A stretch of 64,000 bases of DNA, taken from the IMG/VR virus record IMGVR_UViG_3300027413_000002, one strand, 5' to 3'. Under the pieces are notes generated by a model that saw only the letters and a program-made list of their open reading frames with translations, was not told the DNA's origin and did no database searches. Origin of the DNA: a virus. The position numbers and the translations under genes are program-made. Each line of letters begins with the position of its first letter. Within the stretch, counting starts at the first letter, position 1. Shown piece by piece: positions 47,106 to 56,592 of this stretch.

Positions 47106-47790
47106 TAATTCTCTCGGTTGGGATTGTATAGTGTTGTATAACAGCTTCCTCGCCCATCAACTCATCTTGTTTATAGCCTGTAACAAAATTCCATTTAGCG
47201 TCTGGTTGTGGAAACTCTCCTACTATAACATTAAAATTGCCATTAGTCAAGAGATTCCACATAGTAAATGTGTCCCACTTTCTAACTTCTTCTGGGTATG
47301 GAGAGGGATCCCATCGAGGATCGTTTTGTTCAAGATACCACCTATACCAACTATTCATCAAATCTTTGGTCGTTTCGGTTCTATATAAAAACAAACCGCA
47401 GTGATATATCATTTCTTCAGTTTCTGATAGTTTTGTTATTTTGGCATTGTATGGTCTGTTGCGCGTAAACAAAATATCACTATCACCAAGGAGATCAAAT
47501 ACTCCAGATATTTCCTCGCTGTTGATCAGAGTATCACAATCAACATATAATGTGGCGTCATAAGGAGACTTCGACAATGCCCAGAGTTTTGCTCTTATGT
47601 GATTCGGAACACCATCTGTTATAATCTGATCAAAGATCTCCCTCGCCTCATCACAAACCCAAGGTTCATGGGTGAACAAAGTTATCTTTGCTTCTGGAAA
47701 GAAATCTAAGAGGGATTGAGCGGATTGGAGTGCTGCTTGGTAAAATGCTTTGTTTACTGAAGCAACATAGACAAAACCATTACTCTTCAT
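47080..47790 (-). CDS. GT-A glycosyltransferase (GT8/GT77-like)
   Basis: GFVYVAS, RAKLWAL..SPYD.TLYVDCD (DxD), WDTF, KWNF. Confidence 0.75.
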   Translation of the reverse strand: MKSNGFVYVASVNKAFYQAALQSAQSLLDFFPEAKITLFTHEPWVCDEAREIFDQIITDGVPNHIRAKLWALSKSPYDATLYVDCDTLINSEEISGVFDLLGDSDILFTRNRPYNAKITKLSETEEMIYHCGLFLYRTETTKDLMNSWYRWYLEQNDPRWDPSPYPEEVRKWDTFTMWNLLTNGNFNVIVGEFPQPDAKWNFVTGYKQDELMGEEAVIQHYTIPTERIIGNEIYRP

Positions 47791-48235
47791 TTGCCAATGC
47801 TTCCTGTATCAACAGGGTAGCATAGGATTGGACCTCGATTGGCGTCTTTGCTTTTCTAAGACGCTTCTTCAGATCTCTGTTTGACGAGTTTTTGATTTCT
47901 TCGATCTCAAATGCTTCCAGCTTCATATTGAATAAGACTTCTTGTTTTTGACGAACCTTATCAGCTTCGTGGCGTTCACGATGAATCTGCTCTTGTCTTC
48001 GTGCTTCTTCTTTGTGTTTGGCAGTAGATTCGTCTAATGCCTCTTCACCAAAGATTTCTAAGATTTCATCGAAGTCTTTATTGACACCTCCAGATGCATC
48101 AATATGAACAACTGCATATTCGCCTGATAAAGTCAAACGCCTTGCAACAACTTGGCGATTGTTCTTATCTTTCCAGATAGGATCTTTCCAAAGTGGTGGG
48201 CGTTCTTTGTCTGATGATGATGCGATAACTTCCAT
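47780..48235 (-). CDS. Hypothetical protein (possible assembly chaperone)
   Basis: Charged helical C-terminus LFNMKLEAFEIEEIKNS; follows the YxG-repeat gene. Confidence 0.55.
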   Translation of the reverse strand: MEVIASSSDKERPPLWKDPIWKDKNNRQVVARRLTLSGEYAVVHIDASGGVNKDFDEILEIFGEEALDESTAKHKEEARRQEQIHRERHEADKVRQKQEVLFNMKLEAFEIEEIKNSSNRDLKKRLRKAKTPIEVQSYATLLIQEALANEE

Positions 48236-48268
48236 TAATTTACTCCATGATGTAAAATTGTATTCTAT

Positions 48269-49324
48269 TTAGGCAGTTCTCATCCACAGCCGTTTAGACT
48301 CTTGAGTGCTTGAAGAACTTATGATGGTAAGACCGTTATATGTTCCAGCATAAGTACCGCTGTATGAACCAGTGTATGAACCTGCATAATAACCAACGTA
48401 ATATCCAGTATAGTAACCTGTATATACTGTCCCTATATATCCACTGAAAAATAGAGCATACGAACCTGCATAAGCCCCTGCATAAGCCCCTGCATACGCG
48501 CCTACATAAGATCCCGTATAAGTCCCTGTGTAAGACCCCGCATAAGCATAGGATGCTGTGTCTTTCATCTGGTCAGTCATGATCTCGCCCATTTGCTGCC
48601 ATGTCCCAGTTCCTGGAGCCGATTCAGCAAGAACAAATTTCCCAATATCATTGTCTTTAATTCTGTTTGCAACGCGAGCGAACAGACTTTCAATCTCAAC
48701 ATCTGTCATCTCTTGTAAAGAATTATCATCAAGTTTCTTGACGAGCCCAGTCCCTGAAACTCTAGTTGTATCGGTTGTTGCAGCAGTTTTTTGCCAGAGT
48801 GTTTTGGTGACGGTTGTTCCATCTACTTGGGTGTCAGAGATTGTTCCTCTGTTTGTCCAAGTTCCACCTGAAGGAGCAGAAGCAGAAAGGTAATACTGAC
48901 CAGCAGAAGTGGCTTGCTGTTCAACATATGAAGTGATCACTTCATCACAAATTTCTGTGTTTATTTCAGCGGCTGTCATTTCTAAAACATCACCGTCAGC
49001 ATTTACCCTTACTGGCGTTGTGATTGCTGAAGAGTTTGTAGTTTCGTTTTGATACATGGTATATGTATTTACAGTCGTAGATCCAGCAGATGTAGGGTGT
49101 GTACCAACCGCATCATTACGCTTTCTGTCTGTGAATGTTCCAATCGATGCATGGTTTGCGGGAACACTTCCTGTTGTGACATTCACAGAAGATGTTCCAG
49201 TATTAACAGATGCAAACTTCTCGAGTATTAATTGACCTGCGTACTGATACAACTCTGCTGCAGTCAATACCTGCAGACCCTGTTCTACGCTTCCCGAAAC
49301 TTTTACTTTTACTGGACCAGCCAT
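48269..49324 (-). CDS. Virion structural protein with a C-terminal YxG tetrapeptide array
   Basis: Thr/Ser-rich; about 15 YxGx repeats. Confidence 0.7.
   Translation of the reverse strand: MAGPVKVKVSGSVEQGLQVLTAAELYQYAGQLILEKFASVNTGTSSVNVTTGSVPANHASIGTFTDRKRNDAVGTHPTSAGSTTVNTYTMYQNETTNSSAITTPVRVNADGDVLEMTAAEINTEICDEVITSYVEQQATSAGQYYLSASAPSGGTWTNRGTISDTQVDGTTVTKTLWQKTAATTDTTRVSGTGLVKKLDDNSLQEMTDVEIESLFARVANRIKDNDIGKFVLAESAPGTGTWQQMGEIMTDQMKDTASYAYAGSYTGTYTGSYVGAYAGAYAGAYAGSYALFFSGYIGTVYTGYYTGYYVGYYAGSYTGSYSGTYAGTYNGLTIISSSSTQESKRLWMRTA
48332..48550 (-). repeat. 12-nt degenerate tandem repeat encoding YxGx
   Basis: For example CCTGCATAAGCC repeated at about 48465-48500. Confidence 0.9.
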
Positions 49325-49336
49325 TTTATATTATCC

Positions 49337-50377
49337 TTAATTTAATAGGTTGCCAGAAGAATCATAAAGAGCAATTGGTCTTAGCACTTCCCAGTTTTCT
49401 GCATCCTTACACACCAGAACCATCGAGGTTTTTGCTGGGAGATCTTTTGCAGCATTAGAAGAACCAGAGTCAACCTTATCCGAAGTATTTGGATAAACCT
49501 TGATATCGTTGGTTGTGGCGTTGTAGATTTCACATCTAAGACCAGTCGCAGCAGATTTTAACTTAACACCCTGCGCTGCAGAAGCAGTAGTCACGATATT
49601 GATTGTTTCTGTCAGCGCAGTAGCATCACCCTGAGCAGAACCAGCTGCAGTGATTGAAGCAGTGATACCATATTTCAGATCTCCTGAGAGAGTTGTAGTT
49701 CCTGAAATACTCAGTGAAGTGCCACCAATAGCACCTGCAGCACTCACAGTGAAGGTTGAACCATTTACATCAATACCACCATCAAGGGAAGAAAGACCAT
49801 CAACAGTCAATGTTCCCGAGGTGTCAATGTTACCTGTTCCGTCAGCAACAGTAAATGCACCATCAACATCAATACCACCGTCTAGAGAGGCAAGACCAGA
49901 AGCATCAATGGTTGTAGCAACAGTTGCGTCACCTTCATCCGTAGACTGCCATTGAGTCGCGGATACAGCAACAAAGTCACGACCCTTTTCTGGACCAAGC
50001 GATAGTGCAGCATTGGCAGAAAGGTCGTTGATAGACTCACCAGAATATGGGTAAATCTTGACAGTTACTGTGGTAGAATTAAAGATTGTTACACGTGTGC
50101 CTGCAGAAGCATCAAGAAGTTTTACCCCTTGGTTGGCACTTGCTGTGTTAATGATATTATACGTTTTGGTCAACGCTGTTGCATCGCCCTGTACTGTGCC
50201 AGCGGCAGTAACCGAAGCATCAACACCAACAATGAATCGACCAGATACTGTGATATCATCAACAACAACGTCATCACCGCTTTGGTATTTGTCGGTGTTT
50301 AAATTTGTAAAGTTTGAATCCACCTCTGTGTTAGTGAGGGGTGAGCCTTTACCTGAACGAGTTGTAAGTGTTGACAT
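49337..50377 (-). CDS. Fibre/baseplate-connector-like protein with a duplicated domain
   Basis: KGSPLTNTEVDSNF N-terminus; AS.TAAG..QGDATALT...QGVKL...K.YP twice; GL.SLDGGIDV twice. Confidence 0.65.
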   Translation of the reverse strand: MSTLTTRSGKGSPLTNTEVDSNFTNLNTDKYQSGDDVVVDDITVSGRFIVGVDASVTAAGTVQGDATALTKTYNIINTASANQGVKLLDASAGTRVTIFNSTTVTVKIYPYSGESINDLSANAALSLGPEKGRDFVAVSATQWQSTDEGDATVATTIDASGLASLDGGIDVDGAFTVADGTGNIDTSGTLTVDGLSSLDGGIDVNGSTFTVSAAGAIGGTSLSISGTTTLSGDLKYGITASITAAGSAQGDATALTETINIVTTASAAQGVKLKSAATGLRCEIYNATTNDIKVYPNTSDKVDSGSSNAAKDLPAKTSMVLVCKDAENWEVLRPIALYDSSGNLLN

Positions 50378-50383
50378 TTTTTC

Positions 50384-50584
50384 TTACCTATTTTTTAGAA
50401 TTACCTGAATGGCATCTTTAATTAATGCCAAGTCTTCTTTCAGACTATTTATATCGTCGCAAACTTCGTCTAGCTTCCTAGACTGATTTTTTCTTGCTTT
50501 ATATGCAGCCAAGCCCTCGGCATCATTACTCAATAGCGAGTTCGTGGCTTTGTCTCTAGTATATTTATCCGTATTAAAATCCAT
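50384..50584 (-). CDS. Small coiled-coil hypothetical protein
   Basis: RD..T..L followed by heptad repeats; typical after vrlC-like genes. Confidence 0.6.
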   Translation of the reverse strand: MDFNTDKYTRDKATNSLLSNDAEGLAAYKARKNQSRKLDEVCDDINSLKEDLALIKDAIQVILKNR

Positions 50585-50595
50585 TGCATTTTACC

Positions 50596-53500
50596 TTATA
50601 CTTGGAGAGCAATCGCCCTCAGATTTCTCAGCTGCGGAACATTTGACGTATTGTCAGTCATCAGAACAATCTTTACAGCGAACTCTTTGAAGTTTGTATA
50701 CGTTGTAGTTCCAAGAGTTGCTGTTGCAGTCGCGCTAGAACCACCGCCACCAGTTATAGTGATTGTCGGTGCAGCAGAAGAAGTTGAGTACCTTCCTGGA
50801 TCCGTGATAATAATCGAGGCAACCGCGCCACTACTTAGAACTGCAATACCCTTGGCTTGGCGAGTTGCTGTGCCACCAGAAAAAGTTACAGTCGGAGGAG
50901 TGGTATAAGATGAACCGCCAGCAGTAATCGCAGTTGCATCAACTCTCTTAACGGAATACTCTAAAGCATCACTGCTGTTGAGGTTTGCATTATCAATGGT
51001 ATATTTGGTTTCAATGAATTGAGTTTGAGCTAAACCTGCTGAATCAGGAACACCATCGTCAGTCATCTCAAACCAATTTAGCTCTTCTCTCAAGTTGGCA
51101 TCGTCTTCAGCAGCCAAGAACTTACCATAAACCTTAACAGAAGATCCGAATGGAGTCAGTTGGTCTAAGAAGATTTTTAAATCTTCAGCATCTTGCCCTT
51201 CAGATAGTCTGACTGTCTTAGAGATATATTTCGCAAGCGCAGAACCATTATTAGGATTAGTTTCATTTGTATCAGAATTATTGATCTTGTTCTGTGTAGT
51301 GATGAAACTACATCTGGATAAATCAATGACTGGACTTACGAACTTACTCTCAGTCGTGAATGTAGAGTTACTGTTGAAAGATTTAGCTCCACTCAGGTTA
51401 GCATCTTCATTGGACTTAGAGTATACTGCAAACTCTCTCGTAGTCTTTTGCTGCTCCATTTTAGTGATGATTCTTTCTACAGTTCCCTTGGTCGAGACAC
51501 CAGTAGATCGAGTTCCTGCATATTTGTGTGTCAAGTTTGTCTTCGGAAGTATCAACTCACCAAAGTTTAACTGAAGTTTGTTAAAGATCTTGTTTTCTAT
51601 AGAGGAAAGTGTTCCCTGAGAAGTTCCATTAGAAACGATATCTGCAACATCAAAGTCAGATTTTGTGAGTAGAACTCTCGCGACATCTCTTAGTGTAGAA
51701 TAGTTTTCAACAACACCTGTTTTAGTCGTGACATCAATTATACAGCCAGTACCAGAACCAGTTGTTGCAGATTGGGCGACATCTACTCCATCAGCAGTAA
51801 ACCCAGAACCCATGGAGTCAATTGTAAATCCAGTAACAGCACCAGTACTCACCGTTGTTACTTTAAGTTTGAGACCCGTTCCGTTGCCAAATCCAGCGAA
51901 GGTTATGACATTACCGACTGCGTGACCAGAACCACCATTATCAAGAGTTATGTCGAATGCGTGGAGGTTATCACCTGCTTGGAATTGACCAGCAGTGAAG
52001 TCCGTTAGTTGCAGATAGTCGATGGTGCTGTTAGTAAACTTAGCGACTCCATCAGTATCAGTAGTAAAGTTACAACGATAGATTCTGTGCATCAAATCTT
52101 CAGCTTGGATAGCATTCCAAGTTCTATTGTTTGACGACACGAACAGAACACCGCCCGAAACATCTTCGGCTACAATTCTTTGCGTGGTTCCAATTTTATT
52201 CTGACCCAGCTCAGATACATAGACCTCATAATCAGGGCTATTACCTTGTGGTAGAATAACGACACAATACTCTCGACCGCCCTCGAGGTATATTGGGGAG
52301 TCAAATGTGACGCCAGTAGTTGCATAACTTACTGTTCCATCTGCAAATTCAGTAGAGACACTTACATCAGAAGGAGAAAGATACTTTGAACCATAAGGAA
52401 CAACTCTGATTCCAGGATACCCATTGACCACTTCCCTTATCTGGATTGTGACCCCGTCAGTATCAGATTTTTTTCTAAAGAACAAATCAATTTTTGGACA
52501 GAATATACCTTCTTCTTCAGCAATCGTGAATGTTTGTGCAGTTGGATCGAATGCAGTCAAGTTGACATCTACAGCAAGGCTGGCGGTAACATCTTCAGTA
52601 CGAACATCAGTGACAATACTACCGAGCGTCTGTGGGTCTCCAAGGTTTGATCCAGTATTAAATGTCGGAACCTGCGTAGAAACAATCGTGCCTTGTTTAA
52701 CAGCGTCCAGACCAAACGAAGAATATGTTGCTTCAGCAGAGCTGGTTACAAATCCGTCTCGGTTCAGAACATCATCTACCATACGAAGAACTTTCTCTCC
52801 GATACGGAATCTTGACGCAGGAATTCTAAACTGACCAGCAATCCGACCCTCAGAGTCAGATACAATCGAAGCACCATATGCATTCGCGGTGTTGTTAAAA
52901 TCTGACCAGAAGTTGGTCGCGCCAGCAGCAAGTTGAGTAGTAAATGTCGAATAGGTTAGAGGACGACAATGATCAGAAACAGCATCGCCATCAAAGTAAA
53001 TATAAAACCTTGTATTTGGTTTTAATCGTGTGGCGTGGAATGTCACGTTCTGAGATCTCATGAATGGAGAGAACCCGATGTCGATAATTCGATCTCCATG
53101 ATTTTGAGTTACTGTTGTGGATCCAGTAGAAGCAATTGTCATGGTATTGACAGATTGACTAATCTGCGAAGATTCAACCACTTCGTTCATAGATACTTCA
53201 AAAGAAGCACTTGCGCTGGCGATTGACCTGTTCCCCTGCCCGCCACGGTCGCTGTCTGAATCAGACCCACTAAATGAAATTGGAGTTACCGTTGGCTCCA
53301 TTCCTGTCATCGTGGTCTCAACTCCATTCACGATACCAGCATTATTCAACGCACCTGTTACGTTCTCCAAAGCATCTGCAAGAGCATTATTTTCAACAAC
53401 TAAGTCACCACCATCTGCCATATTGACAAAGTTATCAGAAGCAGGATAGAGTTCGATGTCACCTTTGTAGTTAAACAAAAGAGAACCGATACAATTACGG

Positions 53501-56500
53501 AATTTAGAAGCATTGAGGTTTCTTTGATTGTCTACCAGTGTATATGGAAGAGATAGGATATTACCAGTTTTTGTGATTCCAGTAGAGTTTGTGCTATCAA
53601 AAACAACATCAACATTTTCTTCTAAGAAATTGGATGTCATAAATTTACGTCTGGTATCCATAGCAACATTATAATCTGGGTCTCTCAAATTACCAAGAGA
53701 GTGATCTCCGAAGCTATCGATGAAGATACCATTCTTAAATCTATCGTTGCCTGCTGCATCTGTGATTTTTAGACTCGCAGTATCTTTCTCAAGTAGATTC
53801 AGAGATGTGAAATATTCAAGGCGGTTGATGCGCTTTTCAATCGCACCAATATCTGCCATAGTGTAAACTCTGTTTTGTCTAGTAGTGACACTACATGCTA
53901 TATCCTTGCGACCTTGCACCTTACCGATGAATGGGGACACAGAAGGATATGGAGGAATTCTAACTGTTCCGATTTCCATCACAGTCACAGGTGCTACTGG
54001 TGGTCTTGGATCGGTTCTGGAAGCACCCTTGACAATATCGATATTACCTTTTTCAGAAATGGCGATTTTGTCAATTCGTGCGAGATAGTATTCAGCATCT
54101 GTTGTAAATGATTCTGTTGGGATCGGCATCTCATACCCACCAGCAATTGATTTCAAATCAAATGTTGGCAGTGGATTTTCAGTAGCACCAGCCATGCTTG
54201 TTGAGCTGGTTGCTGTATTGTTGACGTATGGACGGAAATCAATACAGTCTCTTAGATTGAAGAGACCCAGCTTCTTGGATCGGTACAGAGGAATCTCATA
54301 TGTGAAGATACCAGAACCGCCAGTATCGTCAACTGGGTATGAGTCAATCGCAAAATATGTACCAACAGAACCACCATAGTTTGGCTCTAGGTGTGAGAAC
54401 TTAACAACAATAAACTTTGATACAGTGCTTACTGTAGCTGATGGCTTTTTAATCAGTTTTGAGTGACCGTAGAAGTTATCTGTTTGACCGTTTTCCAAAA
54501 CAAACTGATCTTTATAGTCAGTACCAGTCTCAGAATATGCAGAACCGTCAACATAAACAGCTTCGACTTTAAAACCGTTGGGAATACCAAGGTTCCATGG
54601 TCCAACACTTGTTTCTTCATTTGTTGCGGTGTTAATCTTAACATAACGAGAGGTCAGAGCATTAATCGGTGTTGGCGTCACATCAGTTTGTTTTACTTTG
54701 AGTTTAATTATGGCGTCTGTGGCAGAACTCAAAGAAGTACCGATATCGATATTGATCGCTGTATTGCTTATAGAGGTGATCATAGCTGACGTCAAGCGGA
54801 ATGGCTCACCCGCTTTATAAGTTACACTATCTAATGTGCAGTCAGCTTGGAACACCATATAGAACTCAGTATCAAGTTGAGTTTGTGTTGGCGTTGTTGA
54901 ATAAGGAAACGTCTCAGTTCCTGTAACAGTAAGTGTTGTCGTGCCAGAAGTCGTAAATTCTGTGGAGAAATCTTTCTGGTATGTGTAGTTGTTATCAAAG
55001 GTATTACCAGTATCCGTTGCAAGAGTCTTGGCTGCAGAAAATGGAGCAGGGAATATGAGTTGATTAGAACTTGTTTCTTTAAGTACTGCCTTAGAACTTT
55101 CTAATACTGGGTCAGCAAATCCATTGACTGCATCGTCATCGTAGAAAATCGTTCTGATGTCAGCAAATGCACCACCAGTCATACGAATATCATAGAGATA
55201 TAAACGATATTTACAAGCAGCAGCATTCACTGTTCCGCTGTCATAACGGACTTGGCGAACACGTGCCTGACCAGTGATAGTAGAAGGTGCAGCGTGAACA
55301 GAGTAAGTGTTATCAGACGCAGCATTGGAGGCTGTTTCGCCAAATTTTACCAGATCGCCTTCTTTGATATTCCAGTTACCAGCAACCTCATCAACAATAA
55401 TGTAATTACCATATGTTGTAGAGACTGTGAATCCTTCTTCAACAACAGTCTCAGTTGCCTTTTCAACCTTGCTGTATGTAGGAGACTTAAACTCCCGACG
55501 ATATCCATTGACGTATGCAACACCTCTGCCGACACCAACAGCAATGTGATCAGCTGAACCACCGTCCGAGGAACTTTTTAAACCTCTATTAGACCCCGTG
55601 TCTAAATGCTCTCTCACAGAAAGTTCAAAGTTTGTGATTACATAGTTGCCACTCTCTTCTTTTGTTCTGTCAGCAAGTTTTCGACCCAGCTCGTTGTTTT
55701 CTTCCAGTCTTTGTACATCGCCACCTCTAGCCAGTAGTCCATCTTCAACTGTATACATAGAGATGAAATCAACATCATTTGCTTCAGTCAGACCAAGTTT
55801 AGCGATAGTCGTAGATGTTTTGTAGCGGTCGGCTCCAGGAGCATTAAAGTTAAACGTGCCTGTTGCTGGGTCATTAAGTGTTGTATCATCGTCTGATGTT
55901 ACCTTTGAATCGGTAAACTTAATACCAACAAACGAGTCAGCGTTCGTTTTATATTTTTCAAGACTAATATCTTGCTTATCGTGATATACAAAGTATCCAT
56001 CAATAAACAGGATACCTTCTTCGATTACAAAGTCAAGACCCTTACCGAAATAGTTTTTAGTTGCATCATTTGCATCTGTTCCGTTATCAACAACAAATGT
56101 GTCACCATTTCGTCCACCATCAGTCGATGATATAGTGAGGGTTTCACCAGCTTCAAAGTGTAAGTAAGCACCAGTGCTGCTTCCTTCAGTGTACTCGATA
56201 TATAATGTTTTCTTGTCTACGGCATCAGTGTCGAGACCAGTTGCAGTTTTAGAAATCTTACCCTTCAATCCACTGGTGCTGCCAGTTACAATATCACCGA
56301 CATAGTTGATCAATGTATCGTTGGATACACTAGCGGAAGACCCATCCAAATCATTGATCTTGATGAAGTCTCTGATCAGAGGTTCTCCACTACAACCCTT
56401 GACTCTTGCCCCATCATTAAACATATACCCAGCAAAATTACCGATTGTATCTTGCAGAATAGTTTGCATCTGTGTAAGTTCACGAGCCTGAACAGCGACT

Positions 56501-56583
56501 CCTGGTTTGAACAAGATTCGGGAAAATTTCTTCGCCTTATCAAAATTGTCAAAATATGGGCTTGTATTTAGATTGAGAGCCAT
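50596..56583 (-). CDS. Large virion structural protein (VrlC/DUF4815-like)
   Basis: LNTSPYFD, LFKPGVAVQARELTQ, APGADR, RT.EESGNY, YTMADIG.IEKRI..LEY.TSL.LLE, DP.AQTF, P.LRNLRAIAL. Confidence 0.85.
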   Translation of the reverse strand: MALNLNTSPYFDNFDKAKKFSRILFKPGVAVQARELTQMQTILQDTIGNFAGYMFNDGARVKGCSGEPLIRDFIKINDLDGSSASVSNDTLINYVGDIVTGSTSGLKGKISKTATGLDTDAVDKKTLYIEYTEGSSTGAYLHFEAGETLTISSTDGGRNGDTFVVDNGTDANDATKNYFGKGLDFVIEEGILFIDGYFVYHDKQDISLEKYKTNADSFVGIKFTDSKVTSDDDTTLNDPATGTFNFNAPGADRYKTSTTIAKLGLTEANDVDFISMYTVEDGLLARGGDVQRLEENNELGRKLADRTKEESGNYVITNFELSVREHLDTGSNRGLKSSSDGGSADHIAVGVGRGVAYVNGYRREFKSPTYSKVEKATETVVEEGFTVSTTYGNYIIVDEVAGNWNIKEGDLVKFGETASNAASDNTYSVHAAPSTITGQARVRQVRYDSGTVNAAACKYRLYLYDIRMTGGAFADIRTIFYDDDAVNGFADPVLESSKAVLKETSSNQLIFPAPFSAAKTLATDTGNTFDNNYTYQKDFSTEFTTSGTTTLTVTGTETFPYSTTPTQTQLDTEFYMVFQADCTLDSVTYKAGEPFRLTSAMITSISNTAINIDIGTSLSSATDAIIKLKVKQTDVTPTPINALTSRYVKINTATNEETSVGPWNLGIPNGFKVEAVYVDGSAYSETGTDYKDQFVLENGQTDNFYGHSKLIKKPSATVSTVSKFIVVKFSHLEPNYGGSVGTYFAIDSYPVDDTGGSGIFTYEIPLYRSKKLGLFNLRDCIDFRPYVNNTATSSTSMAGATENPLPTFDLKSIAGGYEMPIPTESFTTDAEYYLARIDKIAISEKGNIDIVKGASRTDPRPPVAPVTVMEIGTVRIPPYPSVSPFIGKVQGRKDIACSVTTRQNRVYTMADIGAIEKRINRLEYFTSLNLLEKDTASLKITDAAGNDRFKNGIFIDSFGDHSLGNLRDPDYNVAMDTRRKFMTSNFLEENVDVVFDSTNSTGITKTGNILSLPYTLVDNQRNLNASKFRNCIGSLLFNYKGDIELYPASDNFVNMADGGDLVVENNALADALENVTGALNNAGIVNGVETTMTGMEPTVTPISFSGSDSDSDRGGQGNRSIASASASFEVSMNEVVESSQISQSVNTMTIASTGSTTVTQNHGDRIIDIGFSPFMRSQNVTFHATRLKPNTRFYIYFDGDAVSDHCRPLTYSTFTTQLAAGATNFWSDFNNTANAYGASIVSDSEGRIAGQFRIPASRFRIGEKVLRMVDDVLNRDGFVTSSAEATYSSFGLDAVKQGTIVSTQVPTFNTGSNLGDPQTLGSIVTDVRTEDVTASLAVDVNLTAFDPTAQTFTIAEEEGIFCPKIDLFFRKKSDTDGVTIQIREVVNGYPGIRVVPYGSKYLSPSDVSVSTEFADGTVSYATTGVTFDSPIYLEGGREYCVVILPQGNSPDYEVYVSELGQNKIGTTQRIVAEDVSGGVLFVSSNNRTWNAIQAEDLMHRIYRCNFTTDTDGVAKFTNSTIDYLQLTDFTAGQFQAGDNLHAFDITLDNGGSGHAVGNVITFAGFGNGTGLKLKVTTVSTGAVTGFTIDSMGSGFTADGVDVAQSATTGSGTGCIIDVTTKTGVVENYSTLRDVARVLLTKSDFDVADIVSNGTSQGTLSSIENKIFNKLQLNFGELILPKTNLTHKYAGTRSTGVSTKGTVERIITKMEQQKTTREFAVYSKSNEDANLSGAKSFNSNSTFTTESKFVSPVIDLSRCSFITTQNKINNSDTNETNPNNGSALAKYISKTVRLSEGQDAEDLKIFLDQLTPFGSSVKVYGKFLAAEDDANLREELNWFEMTDDGVPDSAGLAQTQFIETKYTIDNANLNSSDALEYSVKRVDATAITAGGSSYTTPPTVTFSGGTATRQAKGIAVLSSGAVASIIITDPGRYSTSSAAPTITITGGGGSSATATATLGTTTYTNFKEFAVKIVLMTDNTSNVPQLRNLRAIALQV

Positions 56584-56592
56584 TTCTTTACC

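Noticed and set aside
41204-47790. Host LPS/capsule locus or assembly chimera
   Set aside because: It is flanked by phage structural genes, carries T4-type late promoter motifs, and lacks transport or polymerase genes (wzx, wzy, ABC).
48332-48550. CRISPR array or DGR variable repeat
   Set aside because: It is an in-frame 12-nt coding repeat without spacers. No reverse transcriptase or template repeat was seen in the window.
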